Below are positions 25,869-39,659 of a DNA stretch of 64,000 nt, one piece after another. Position 1 is the first letter of the stretch; every line of letters begins with the position of its first letter. The notes beneath the pieces were generated by a model. That model had not been told where the DNA came from and made no database searches. It worked only from the letters and a program-made list of their open reading frames with translations. The stretch is from Takakia lepidozioides (Eukaryota > Plantae > Bryophyta), in contig CM060731.1 in NCBI GenBank assembly GCA_030704615.1, positions 91,202,001-91,266,000 on the forward strand. The letters are read 5' to 3'. A program made the position numbers and the translations under genes.

Positions 25869-27160
25869 ACATGATACTGCCAATGTGACAACAGGGAAGT
25901 ATCCAGAAACAGGTAACAGAGACGAGGAGAGGCTGTGGAATGAATACTTTTTTGACCCCAGTCAATGGTGGGACAATGGAGGCAAAAGGTGAATGCCTGT
26001 TGGATTACAGAGAGTAGCAGATGCAATTGAACATAGGAACTAGTGTGATAAGTTGAGTTGGGTGTTTCCTAGAACAAATTTAGGTTGTCATTGTCAGCTA
26101 ATAGCAGCAAGGCAAGGATGTATGTATGATTTGTGCAGAGGCATGGATAGCTGAAGGAGCAGGGATAGTGTGTGGGTGGACAAATTCATCCAAGAGGGCC
26201 GGACTTCAAGCTCCATATGACCTATGATTCCATGTGGATCAATGGCTACAATAAACCTGCACGGGTATATGGTCAACTAAAGGCAGCAGCTGCAGCGGCA
26301 CAGTTGATAGAATCAAGCACCTCAACCATGACTGTAGCTTCTGAAAGTGGATCAAGAGAGGGACTCCACAATGCCTCTTCTGGCACTTTCTGGGCATGTG
26401 AAGACATTTTGTGCAACAGGCAGCCTAACAGAGGCTCTACAGACTCCAAACCAAGGAGGCATTTTAGCATATTCAGATACGTATGTCTGTCTCTTGCTTA
26501 AGTGCATCAAGATGGAAGGTCTGGAAGCTGGAAAGCATGTGCACACTCACATTATCCAAAGTGGATTCACACCAAATGTTTTTCTACTCAACACCCTTGT
26601 CAACATATATGTTAAGTGCGGGAGCATCATGGATGCTCACCAAGTGTTCAACAGAATGCCTCAACGATATTTGATCACGTGGAATGTAATGTTGGCAGGA
26701 TTTACCAAGCATGGGTGTGGTAGGATTAATGCTTTTGGAGACCTATGAGCAAATGTTGCGCGAAGGGGTGAAGCCCAACCACATCACGTTTGTGTGCACG
26801 AAATTCGTATGCAAGCCTGGCGGCTCTGGAAAAGGGCAAAGAGGTCCATGGCGACATTGTCAGAGCTGCAATTGTACCAAATGACAATACCCTCGCGGAC
26901 ATGTATGAAGGGAGTGTTTGACAGTATGGCTGAACAAGATATGGTGTCAACTGTGGAGTGCGATGATTGCAGGATATGCACAGCAAGGGCGCGGGAACTG
27001 AAGGAGCAGGGAACACTGAACACTGCTCTAGTGGACATGTATGCCAAATGTGGGAGCATTGAGGATGCGAAATGAGTGTTCAACACTATGGCTGAACGAG
27101 ATGTGGTGTCGTGGAACGCAATGCTTGCAGGGTATGCACATCAGGGGCGCGAGATGGAGG
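25869..27160 (+). pseudogene. PDF-PPR chimeric gene remnant (copy 3)
   Basis: DEERLWNEYFFDPSQWWDN..|gt (25989) intron to 26183, then IHPRGPDFKLHMTYDSMWI..KPARVYGQL, a linker and PLS PPR repeats with frameshifts. Confidence 0.85.
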
Positions 27161-27257
27161 CGGGCGGTCAGGGTTATTATTATTATTATTGACTTTATTG
27201 AGATTTGAAAAATTGTTGGGATGCTGGCAACTTGATATTTACAAAACAATAACTATT

Positions 27258-27498
27258 ACCAACAGTTAGTAGCTCAGTTGGTTAGCGCACTGAGTGCCAC
27301 GCAGAAGATTCTGGGATCAAATCCTGCTACTTGACGGGTGTGGTACGCTCTTCTCCCACTTCCCTTGGGAAATGTCCCAGAAAGCCTTCACGACGAGGTT
27401 ATTGTGAAAGAGGTTATTTTCTCCTCTCACTATCAAGGGGCCTGATTTGTGAGCTGTAGCTCCCAGGTGTTTCCCTTTAAAAATAAAAATAAATAAAA
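27258..27498 (+). mobile_element. tRNA-derived SINE with target-site duplication
   Basis: A box TAGCTCAGTTGG, B-box-like GGATCAAATCC, A-rich tail, and flanking 10-bp TSD AATAACTATT (27248-27257 and 27499-27508). Confidence 0.85.
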
Positions 27499-28364
27499 AA
27501 TAACTATTTTGTCATAACAGTCACATTGAACACATCATTGCGTACCTATGGTAGTAAATATGTCGTATTGTTCAAACAAAGCCTCCATGGAAGTATAATT
27601 TTATCTGCATCAAACAATGAAATGCCGAGACGTGACATGATAGTTTCGGCAACACTCCGTCATTCTTCTTGCGCGAAACAATGGAACACGGGATGTGTGT
27701 ATGTAACACCCCGTGGATGACCCCGCCCTTCTTGTGCAAATTGAACGTAGTTCTCAGAATTCGTTGCTAGTAGTACAGAGCAACGCGAAGCCCTAGTAGG
27801 TAGTAATATCGGTGGATAGACAACCAGCATGTAGCCCAGTGCTAATGGGCACATACCACGTTGGATGTGGTTGTGGGTTCAAACCACGGTCTGGTGTGTT
27901 ATGAAGGTGTCCACCTTGGCAGTTGCCCTTGGGTGAAGAGACACCATAAGTTACGCACCCTTCGGGAGGCGTCATACTTTATCGGTGGATACATTTGCTG
28001 CTTGATGCCATGAAGAACTCGGGCCCGTTTATCACGAACCACCGCTCTGGCCTCCACTGACTGTTAAGGTCTGGGATGACATTTTATGCCCCAAACGCGG
28101 AGGTTTCTCAGGCCGAAGATCAGGCCGCGGGCCCCGCCACTCACTTGGTCACCATTCTGCATGCACAATGGCTTCCGAATCACAAACTCGCCATTCTGTA
28201 TGCAGAATGACTTCCAGAAAAGAGAACCGCAGAAAATGTCACCCCAAACCTTAACGGCATTGAAGGCGCCGGGCCGGGCTCGCCAGAATCCTCGAACAGG
28301 CAGCTTACCGAGCAGAACGATGGCTTTGAAACTTCCGCAACATCTTCAGTATACCGTCTCATAG

Positions 28365-31300
28365 GTCCCTGAGTAATATAAGATGAAACGAAATTCGTTC
28401 AATGGGCCAACGGCGCGTTCACCTATCATGAAATTTTGCTCATTGCGAAAAAGAATGGCGGTCGAATGATTGACCATCCAAATGATTTTTGTTTGCTTTT
28501 AAACTTTGCCACTATGTTCAACATACCATGTATCAGGTCCCGGACTAATATGAAATGAAACGAAATTCATTTGATGGCTGAACAGATGGTTGCCCATCCA
28601 AATGATTTTGGTTCGCTTTCAGACTTTGCCAGTGTGTTCAATGTATCATCTAAGAGATCCCAGAGTGATATGAGATGAAACGAAATTCGTCCAATGGGCC
28701 AACGGAGGGTTGCCCATCCAAATGATTTTCGTTCGTTTCGAAACTTGGCCAGTATGTCCAATGTACCATTTGACAGGTCCCAGAGTAATATGAGATCAAT
28801 CGAAATTTGTTCAATGGGCCAATGAGGCGTTCACGTGTCATTCAATTTTGTTCATTGCGATAAAGAAATCATGTCGTGGGTGAACGGGTAATGCACCCAT
28901 TAAACGGATGAGGTTGAGGCCCATCTTTTGCCCGCATGTGCTTGAATATGTGTGCAACACATGTGCGGAGAAACAAGAGAAGCAACAAACATTTGCCTCC
29001 CCAACCATGCCCTCGCCCTTCCACCAATTTGTAATTAAATTGAGTTTAAATAAATTTCAAGCAAATAAATAGGTTTACATTGTCTTTGATTGGGGTTTTC
29101 TGCTACGTAACGATTTTATTTTTGGCTCAATCTTGTTCTCTGGCTCAACCCTCCCACCGCTACATCCCTGCAAAAAATTGGACCAAACAAAAATGAATTT
29201 TTTCAAAAGTGTTCTCTTCGCTCACTATTGCTGAACTTTCTATAAAGAGTGCATGAAGTAGAAATCAAATCAAGTTTGGAGTGCAAATTAGGGAAGAAAC
29301 TGTGGTTTTGGGTCCTAACGACTTTTGTTCGCTATGAAATTTAGCACGCACGTTGCATATGTCGTCATTAGACATGCCTGAAAAAACGGAATGAAAAAAA
29401 AAACATGTGCACCCGAAACGTCGTCCAACAAGTCCCAGAGTAATAGCACATCAAACGAAATTCATCCAACGGTTGAACGGATGGTTGCCCATCCAAATCA
29501 TTTTTGTTTGCTTTCAAACTTTGTCAGTACGTTCGGTACATCCTCTCACAGATCCTGGACTAATATGAGATCAATCGAAATTCATTCAATGGGTGAACGG
29601 ATGGTTGCCCATCCGAACAATTTTGGTTCGTTTTCAGACTTTGCCAGTGTGCTCAATGTACTATCTAAGAGGTCCCAGAGTAATATGAGATGAAACGAAA
29701 TTCGTCCAATGGGCCAACGGATGGTTGCCTATCCAAATGATTTTCGTTCGCTTCGAGACTTGGCCAGTATGTTCAATGTACCATCTAACAGGTCCCAGAG
29801 TAATATGAAATCAATCGAAATTCGTTCAATAGGCCAATGTGGCGTTCACATGTCATCCAATTTTATTCATTGCGAAAAAAAAATCTTGTCATGGGTGAAC
29901 GGCCAATACACCCATTGAATGGATGAGGTTGAGGCCCATCTTTTGCCCGCATATGCTTGAATATGTGTGCAACATATGTGTGGAGAAACAAGAGAAGCAA
30001 CAGACATTTGCCTTCCCAACCACGCCCTCGCCCTCGCCCTTCCACCAATTTGCAATTAAATTGAGTTTAAATAATTTTCAAGCAAATAAATAGGTTTATA
30101 CCGTCTTTGATTGGGGTTTTCTGCCACGTAACGATTTTATTTTTGGCTCAATCTTGTTCTCAAGCTTGAACCCTCCCACCGCTACATCCCTGCAAAAATT
30201 TGGACCAAACAAAAATGAAATTTTTTAAAGTGTTCACTTTGGCTCAGTATTGCAGAACTTTTTATGAAGAGTGCATGAAGTAGAAGACAAATCAAGTTTA
30301 GAATGCAAATTAGGGAAGAAACTGTGGTTTTGGGTCCTAATGATTTTTGTTCGTTTTGAAATTTGGCATGCACGTTGCATATGCCGTCATTAGACATATG
30401 GCTAAAAAATGGGGGAAAAAAAAAATCATGTGCACCCGAAATGTCGTCCAACAGGTCCCAGAGTAATAGCACATGAAACGGAATTCATCTAACGGTTGAA
30501 CGGATGGTTGCCCATCCAGATCATTTTTGTTTGTTTTCAAACTTTGTCAGTACGTTTGGTACACCCTCTCATAGGTCCCGGACTAATATGAGATCAATCC
30601 AAAATTCATTCGATGGCTGAACGGATGGTTGCCCATCCGAACGATTTTGGTCCGCTTTCAGACTTTGCCAGTATGCTCAATGTACCATCTAAGACGTCCC
30701 AAAGTAATATGAGATGAAAGAAAATTCGTCTGATGAGCCAACGGATGATGGCCCATCCAAATGATTTTCATTCGCTTCGAGACTTGGCCAGTATGTCCAA
30801 TGTACAATCTGACAGGTCCCAGAGTAATATGAGATCAATCGAAATTCATTCAATAGGCCAATGAGGCATTCATGTATAATCCAATTTTGTTCATTGCGGA
30901 AAAAAAAATCATGTCATGGGTAAACAACCAATGCACCCATTGAACGGATGAGGTTGAGGCCCATCTTTTGCCCACATGTGCTTGAATATTTGTGCATCAC
31001 ATGTGCGGAGAACCAATAGAAGAAACAAACATTTGCCTCCCCAACCACGCCCTCGCCCTTCCACCAATTTACAATTAAATTGAGTTTAAATAAATTTCAA
31101 GCAAATAAATAGGTTTACATTGTCTTTGATTGGGGTTTTCTGCTACGTAACGATTTTATGTTTTGCTCAATCTTGTCCTCTAGCTTCTACCTTCTCACCG
31201 CTACATCCCTACAAAATTTTGGACCAAACAAAAATGTTTTTTTTTAAAAAAAATGTTCACTTGGCTCAGTATTGCAGAACTCTCTATGAAGAGTGCAGAA

Positions 31301-31652
31301 CGGTTGAACGGATGGTTGCCCATCCAAATCATTTTTGTTTGTTTTCAAACTTTGCCAGTATGTTTGATACACCCTCTCACAAGTCCTTGACTAATATGAG
31401 ATCAATCCAAAATTCATTCGATGGCTGAATGGATGGTTGCCCATCCGAACGATTTTGGTTCGCTTTCAGACTTTGCCAGTGTGTTCAATGTACCATCTAA
31501 GACGTCCCAGAGTAATATAAGATGAAACGAAATTCGTCGAATGGGCCAACGGATGGTTATCTATCCAAATGATTTCGTTCGCTTCGAGACTTGGCCAGTA
31601 TGTCCAATGTACCATTTAACAGGTCTCAGAGTAATATGAGATCAATCGAAAT
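28365..31652. repeat. Higher-order tandem repeat: ~1.0-kb units (about 3 copies) built from ~110-bp subunits
   Basis: gaggttgaggcccatcttttgccc at ~28910, 29925 and 30950; recurring gagtaatatgagat..cgaaattc..ggatggttgcccatcc subunits. Confidence 0.88.
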
Positions 31653-32904
31653 TATATTGTGCTTCGTTAACTTTGTGGGTATGTTCTTTATACGTAGATC
31701 AAATTTTCGACATAATTATGAAATACGAGACTAAGCGAAACTTGTCAGGAGACGAGCGTTCGTAACTCGTTATAACTTATTGGTTAACATCCATTTTTCT
31801 TGTTGCCCATCTTTCGGAGTTCATTGCAGATACCCACATACACGTCATGACCAAATATTACACCATTGTAAATTTGAGGGTGAACCACTTCTTCCACATC
31901 ATATGAGTGCAAAACCGGAAGAAAACGCGTTATGTTGTTCATGCAATTGAAATTTGCAGGTGCCGCATACAAAATAGGCGGAGTGCTATTAGTGTGTTCC
32001 AGAAATTCAAGGTACAACAAAAATCCACATTGTCTATGTACTACGTTGCTACTCATTCGAATCCTCGTCGTCACTGTCCGGGGACAAGGGATGTGATGTT
32101 GTGGCCTGATTTGCACTGCCAATATGGAGAGCCTGGGACCGTGATCTCGTGGTCATTGAGGGGCCCAATGACATGTGATCAATTCTGACCAGCATCCGCT
32201 TACTTTGCGGCGAAAGTTGACTTTCTTGTAGAATCTCACGACGTGAGGAGGGTCAAAGACGTCCGTAATTCCGGCAATAATGCGGTCAATACTGTGATCT
32301 GGCATTGTAAACTCCGCGGACATGTCCACGTCGTTCGTTCGAACGTCATTGTGGACAGTGAATGGACAGTGCCTTCATTGTTTCGAGGCGTGTTTTGCAA
32401 TGTACCCTCCAACTCGGCTATGCACAGTCTTTATCATTCCACAAGGTCCTACAGGGTTCGGACTCGTTGTTTTGTTTCCACCAGTTCATCCTCTAACGTT
32501 CCAGATACTTGTTGCACCGGTGCCTCGGGCACGCCTAGTATCATAGCCTGGGGTACCGGTGCCTCGCGCACGCCCAATATCGTAGCCGGGGGTGTTCCAA
32601 ACGTGTTTGGGATATCGACAAAATGGTATTGCATCGTTGTGTTCTTCCTACTAGCAGTTTGTCAATTCACTGGACGCAACAGTATCACCTCCACGTACAA
32701 CATGGCTGCCAATGTGTATGGGATTTAGCCCTTTAAGAGTGGTTCACCCCACAATGTGCAATGCACCTCAGTCGCCTTGTGCTGGAAATGCAAGTTCATG
32801 CAAGACCTGAAGTCCGCGCAATTGTTTCTGGTTTGCACCACATGCCTAGGTCTAGGCCACAATTGATTGATGTGACACCATTTCACGAATTTTTTGCATC
32901 TCGT

Positions 32905-35510
32905 GCTGGTGGTCGCTTGTATATTTTTAATTTATGAAAATATTGCGACTGCCAGTAATGGCGGTCGTTTTATTTTTTCAATAGAGCGACCGTCGTTACT
33001 GGCGGTCGATTTTATTGTTTAATTTTTTAAATAAAACGATCGCCATTACTGGCGGTCATTTTTTTGTTGTTTTTTAAAAATGTAGCGACCGCCATGGTGG
33101 CGGTCGCTTCTAGAAGGTGTGCCTTACGCGTGGACCGAGGAATGAGAGGGTGGGGGGGAGATAAGCCAAGGGAGGCTCATTCTCCCCTCACTTCCTCTCC
33201 ATACAACTTATGTGTGCGTTTCTGTGAAGTCGTTGCAGAATGCTCCTATAGCCCATCGTCTGGCTTCCGAGAACATTTTATTTTACAAAATTAGCTTTTA
33301 ATAACTATTATGACACTTATTCAAACCCGTTTCGTGTTAAAGGTTTAGGGTCAATTATAATTTTCCGGTCGAAATCGCAGTTCCTTAATTCTTAGCCATT
33401 TCCACGTTTACTTCAGTAGTGTTAAACTTTCCGTTACTTATTAGTAAACGTCGTTTAGGGTTGCTCCGATTGTTACAAAATGGCAGAGGACGGCCAGGAG
33501 GATGAGCGTCATGGAAGAGATGACCCCTATGAACATGGATTGCCTCCTAAGAAAATCAAATGGTCAAGGCATGACTTGAATTGGGAAGTATATGATGACC
33601 TAGCATACTAGCAGAAGAGGGATGGGAGGATTTTCTGGAAGAGTTCAGGCGGTCGCTCTATTTAGAAAAATAAAAAATAAAAACAACCGCCATAACTGGC
33701 GGTCGCAGCATTTTCAGAAATTAAAAATATACAAGCGACCGCCAGTAATGGCCGTCACTCTATTTAAAAAAACAAACGCGCCCGTCATTATCATAAGTTG
33801 TGTGGTGAGGAAGTGAAGAGAGAATGAGCCTCCTTTGGCTTATTTTCCCCCCCTTCTCATTTCTCGGTCCACGCGTAAGGCACACCTTCTAGAAGCGACC
33901 GCCACCATGGCGGTTGCTACATTTTTAAAAAACAACAAAAAAGCGACCGCCAGTAATGGCAGTCGCTCTATTTAAAAAATTCAACAATAAAAGCGACCGC
34001 CAGTAACGACAGTCGCTCAATTAAAGAAAACAAAAAAAAATAAAAGCGACCGCTATTACTAGCAGTCGCAATATTTTCAGAAATTAAAAATATACAAGCG
34101 ACCACCACTAATGGCGGTCGCTCTATTTAAAAAAATAAAAAATAAAAGCGACTGCCATAACTGGCGGTCGCAACATTTTCAGAAATTAAAAATATACAAG
34201 TGACCGCCAGTTTTGGCTATCGCTCTATTTAAAAATAAATAAAAAACAAAAGCGACCGCCAATAATGGCGGTCGCACACAAGTTGTGTAGAGAGAAAGTG
34301 AGGGGAGAATGAGCCTCCCTTGGCTTATCTGCCCCACCCCCACCCCCCCCCCTCCCCCCCCCTCTCATTCCTCAGTCCACGCATAAGGCACACCTTCTAC
34401 AAGCGACCGCCACCATGGCGGTCGCTACATTTAGAAAAAAACAACAAAAAAATGACCGCCAATAATCGCGGTCGTTCTATTTAAAAAATTAAACAATAAA
34501 AGCGACCGCCAGTAACGACAGTCGCTCTATTAAATAAAACAAAAAAACAAAAGCGACCGCCATTACTGGCAATCGCAATATTTTCAGAAATTAAAAATAT
34601 AGAAGCGACCACCAGTAATGGCGGTTGCTCTATTTAAAAAAATGAAAAATAAAAGCAACCGCCATAACTGGCGGTCGCAGCATTTTCAGAAATTAAAAAT
34701 ATACAAGCGACCACCAGTAATGGCCGTCGCTCTATCTTTAAAAAAATAAAAAACAAAAGTGAATGCCAATAATGGCGGTCGCTCTATTTTTGTTTAAAAA
34801 AAAATGCGACCGCCATTACTGGCGTCGCTGTATTTTCAGAAATTAAAAATATACAATTGACCGCCAATAATGGCGGTCGATTTATTTTGTTTTTAAAAAA
34901 ATGACCACCAATAATGGCGGTCGCTCTATTTTAAAAAATAAAAAAAATAAAAGCAATCGTCATTACTGGCGGTTGCTGTATTTTCAGAAATTAAAAATAC
35001 TTTTAATATTTTTAATATGTTTTTTTTTTAAAAACACTATTTTAAAATATTTTAAAATAAAGCGACCTCCATATTATGGCAGTCGCTGTTTTGTTTTGTT
35101 TTGTTTATTTTATTTTATTTTTATTTTTATTAAAGCGACCGCCATATTATGGCGGTCACTGGTTTTTTTAATATATTTTTAAAATAAAGCGATCGCCATA
35201 TTATGGTGGTTGCTGGTTTTTTTAGTATATTTGTAAAATAAAGCGACCGTCATATTATGGCGGTCGCTTGCTTTTTATGTATTATTGAAAACAAGTGACT
35301 GCCAATTCTAGCGGTCACTTGTTTTTTATATATTTTCAAAATTATGCGACCGCCAATACGGAGGTTGCTATTTTTTTTATAAAAATTAGACGACCGCCAA
35401 TTTTATTTTTTTTTTTAAAAAAATTCAAGCGAACGCCATGTTGGCGGTCGCTCTTATTTCTAAATTTTCGAAATATAAAGCGATCGCCAGAATTGGCAGT
35501 TGCTTTCATT
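32905..35510. repeat. Array of palindromic GCGACCGCCA-N4-TGGCGGTCGC motifs in AT-rich spacers (probable DNA-transposon subterminal region)
   Basis: Dozens of variant copies; larger inverted blocks at 33050-33220 vs 33800-33950 and 34280-34450. Confidence 0.8.
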
Positions 35511-35699
35511 TTATTATTTTCCAAAATGTAATTGTCACCGCCACCGTGTCGGCGACGTGGCTGCTTAAGTGGCAATATTTTATCTGGTACTTTTTTTACT
35601 AGAATATTCCCGGAACCTGACGTGACGGAGGTCCTGTCAGCGTTAGGTCTGACGTGACTTGACGCTGACTGACGGACGTGACGCTGATAACCGGGCCTC

Positions 35700-36463
35700 C
35701 AATCATACTCTCTGATTCCACGAGGTCTTCTGGTAGCAGGTAGTCTACTAGATTTCTTAGTGGTGACCTGTATCTTGTGCTTCCCATCATGCACAGTCAA
35801 TAACTGGGAATTCCAGTCATGGAATACCCTGGCCTGTTTCAGCCATGGCCGACCCAGCAATAAGGAGTAAGCTTCCATGACATCATGCATTTTCAACACA
35901 ATCACTGTGATCTTAAAGATCATCTTCTGAATCTGTATCTTAACTCCTCTTATCAAGCCTAATGGTTGTACACTCATTTGATCTGCCATTGTTACTGTGA
36001 ATGTGGCTGGTTTCATGTTACTCAGACCAAGCTTCTGCCTTAATTGGTCTGTCATAATATTCACTCATAAGCCTCCATCTATCAGTACATCAGTCAAGTC
36101 TGTGCTTCCAATTCTCAATTGGATTACTGGCATAGAATCGTCAAAGTCCATGACTGTTTCTCGCCCTTCAGGCTTCACATTATAACTTGTCACCTTGCTG
36201 TTCAGGTCTGTGTTCTCTGCCACATGAGTAATCTGATTGATTGCTTGATACAGCCTGTGCCTACAATGAGGTGCCACAGCCAATAGCTGTCCAATGGTAA
36301 TCTCAGCTTTGGACTGGCATATTACTTCAGCCAAAGTCCCTTCATTACCCTGCACTTGTGAAGCCTCTTGCTTCACTTTCTCTTCACCTTCTTCATCTTC
36401 TCTTTCAGAGTCAGAAGAATTTGCCATAGGGATATCAGTATCCTTCTGCATTTCCCTTATGGT
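35700..36463 (-). mobile_element. Ty3/gypsy late-gag/protease fragment (same family as the window ends)
   Basis: TIREMQK..AEVICQSKAEITIGQLL..VLIDGG..QPLGLIRGV..YSLLLGRPWL. Confidence 0.9.
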
Positions 36464-38131
36464 GGGGTCACGTGTGGGTTGAAGAGGAGAGAAATTTGTG
36501 GGTGACCAACTTAAGTGGGTGACCAACTGATGCTTGCACCCTTGGAAAGTTGGAGCATGCATTGTTGCTTCCAGCTTATGATATCCATGTGTGATAGGTC
36601 TCATTTTGAGGAAGATCAGCTTCAGATATATGTGGTGGACTTGACAATGATTAGTGTTCAGCACTTGCCTAATGCCAAGTAATAGAAAGTGCTCGGGGAG
36701 TTGAATGCTCTGACAGCCCTATCAGCGCCCCCAGCCCAGGTCCACCTGACCCTAGCTGGGGCGAGCCACCCACCGTGGTCAGACCGCGGTGCAGTACAGC
36801 AGTACACGAATTACATGGACCATGATCCCCATGTCCACCACATGCATGACGCCCACCCATGCCGACCACATGCATATATGCACATAAAATTTAGTATGAC
36901 ATATGTTTAGATTCAATGTTTATTGCAAGGAATGCACACATGTGCAAAAAGTCGTCATGTCCAGTCACTCTGCACCCTCCACTTCCGTCGTGCCCTCACA
37001 ACGTGACAATGGCCAGCACGACACTCCATGATCTCTTTCATCCACAGAATCGCGTCGTTTGGCATGCTATTGTGGAGGAGAATGATCCTAGCTGGCTTAT
37101 TTTCCAACCTGCTCGATGGAGAGAATGTACAAACGAAGAATGTGAGAACACGCCTAGCAGGAAGAGCATCAACAACAAGATTACCTAGGGTTTATTTCCT
37201 CACAAAGTCCATGTATTTTTATTTGTGAGGGCTTCTGGGCTTGTAAGCGGTGTGTGTAATGACCACAATCCATTTCCTTTGCATTTTGCAGAGCTAATTA
37301 GGTGATCACTATGGTGAAGCGGAGCAGAATGGTTGAAAATAGGCGCCAGTACCATGAGGAATATGACACCGACGAGTGAGCCGACCTCATTTGTGAGGCC
37401 CACTCCAAGGCACGCGTTCAAGAACCTGGTGATCAATACCACAAGAAACCATTCAAATGTATCTACTGTGACATAATCTACAAATATCAGAAAAAACTAA
37501 GTGTTCATAGTTGACAAGAAACTGAAGATGTACCATGTTTTTGAAGCTGGTCAACGAAGCGTCATGGAACAAGTTCTCATATGAACAACAATGTCACGCA
37601 TAAAGAGGTTTCAAATCTTCTCAAGTACCATTCTTATTGAGTTCACATGGATGTGTATGATAAGAAGTTTCTTGCAGCACAACAATGGATTGATAGAGAC
37701 GTCTATTACATCAAAATTGGAGGAATAGGGTTCTGTGAGAAAGAAAAAGAACAATGGGGTTGGTCGCATATGGGTCGTATTGACCACCCTACAACTCATC
37801 ACCGAAACAGGCCAAAAACACACCAACAACAAGTGAAGATGTCAGTCGGGAGAAGACACCCGAGAAAACACCATCAAAGCAGATGCATCAGCAACAAGGG
37901 CATGACAGCAGTTCAACGCATGGCACTTTTTCTTCTGAACCAATTTCCTTGAAATTGTAAATTTGTGCTGTCATATTCTTTCTTTCTTTAGATGTTGTGA
38001 CGAGGTTCCAGTCATAGAAGTCATATTCTATCTCGGCTATATGGTTTTTCCCAAACATTCTTCGGAAGCCCGCCGCAATCAACGTATAGTGGTGGGCGAG
38101 AGTCGACCCCAACTTCATTCTCAAGACCATG

Positions 38132-38860
38132 TTATGGGGAGGACACAATTGCAGCATGACCCTCATCTACAATACGTACATCATCAAGAAGGTCATCAAA
38201 GGTCGGTTGAATATAGATATCGTCATCTGTAAACGTAAATGGGTCATATGCATTGTTGTGAGCATCATCGGGTCCATCTCCACTATCGGAGCCGGATGAC
38301 TCCCTCAAGGACTCAATATCGTCACTCATCAGATCCGCCTCAGAAACAGAGTCTTCGAACTGCAAATTCTTCTCATACCATGCAGCAGCATCATCGGCTG
38401 CCCTCTCACGTAAGAGTCTGCAATTGATATACACATATACCAATTTGTCAGCCCTCGCGGGATTCAACATGTTGTGTATTTTGTTGTGAACAAATGAGTA
38501 ACTGTTCCAATTGCACTCACAAGATGAGGCAGAGCACACATGGGCAAGAATACGTTTTGCGATGGGAGTTAAAGTTATTGCTCTTGCTCCAATCAAATCC
38601 CACTATTCATGTGGCAACATATTGAGCTCTTTCGGATCCGGCATGTCCTTGAAATGGTAGCGGCGATCTAAAAAGCATTGGTATTTGGACATAGCTCTCT
38701 CTGTCATGTTCAAATGAGCCAGTCGCATCAGCACTCGTACGAGGCCGGCTTTGTCATCAACATCGTCTCTAAGCATGTTATTGTCTAGCAAGAATGGATT
38801 GAGCACAGCCCCCGCATATGCAAGTCCGTTCGAACCATCGACCTCGTGGAGTCTCTGCAA
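38132..38860 (-). mobile_element. hAT transposase C-terminal (dimerization) fragment
   Basis: AGAVLNP..; IAKRILAHVCSASSCECNWNSYSFVHNK..LNPARADKLVYVYIN; in-frame stop. Confidence 0.88.
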
Positions 38861-38879
38861 GCATTTTCACGGCTTGAAT

Positions 38880-39120
38880 CACTACAACAGATGAGCATTT
38901 TTATGACTGCAAATATGACTATTTTTTCAGTCTTATATGCGTTCATGACTACATGACTCTGAAGTGAAAAAAACGGTGTAATAACGACTAGTCTTTAGGA
39001 TTGCGTTTTGCAAGTCATAGTCGTGACTGCGTGCATGACACCTGGAGTCATGCAAAGGAGAGTGATGTAGTCACAACTCTATGACTTACATATGACTAAC
39101 TATATGACTACATTGTCTCC
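38880..39120 (+). mobile_element. CACTA terminus with ATGACT/AGTCAT subterminal repeats
   Basis: CACTACAACA at 38880, followed by many direct and inverted ATGACT motifs; no partner end seen. Confidence 0.62.
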
Positions 39121-39659
39121 TAATGGTTGCCTACATGGAGAGGCTTCAGTGGAACACGTGCACCACTGCGCAAGCGACACGTCACGCATTCGTGAGGGAA
39201 TCATATGACTATATGTCTGCAGAGCAATGCCTATATGGAGAGAGGTCGGATGGACACATGCGCCACTACGGATTTGACACATCATTTTTTAATAATGTTT
39301 TTAATTTTAATAAATCAAATTATAAAATTATAAAATTTAGATTATTAATTAATCTAAATTCTTCATTATATTTTTGGGAAAATAGAATGGAAGGCCAAAG
39401 GGGTAAATCATATTACAAAATTCAGTGTGCGTTGACGCACACTGTTTGAGCTGCCAGTGAGGGATTCTTTCATCCTCAGAAACGTGCGCTGGAAGTCATC
39501 CCCATGGATGCCTCAAAGTCTAATGCGGAGCAAAAATTCAGCAAACCAACACAAGGGCAAAAGTTTTTTAGTACTACTACAGTTCTGGTACTACTAGAAT
39601 GAAGGACTCTATTTACAACTATCGAGTGCAATACTCCTTACCACTACATTTGGCCAACA

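Noticed and set aside
27265-27335. tRNA gene
   Set aside because: No proper cloverleaf or acceptor stem; the A-tail and TSD indicate a SINE head.
31780-32900. Coding-like segment between repeat arrays
   Set aside because: No recognisable motif in any frame.
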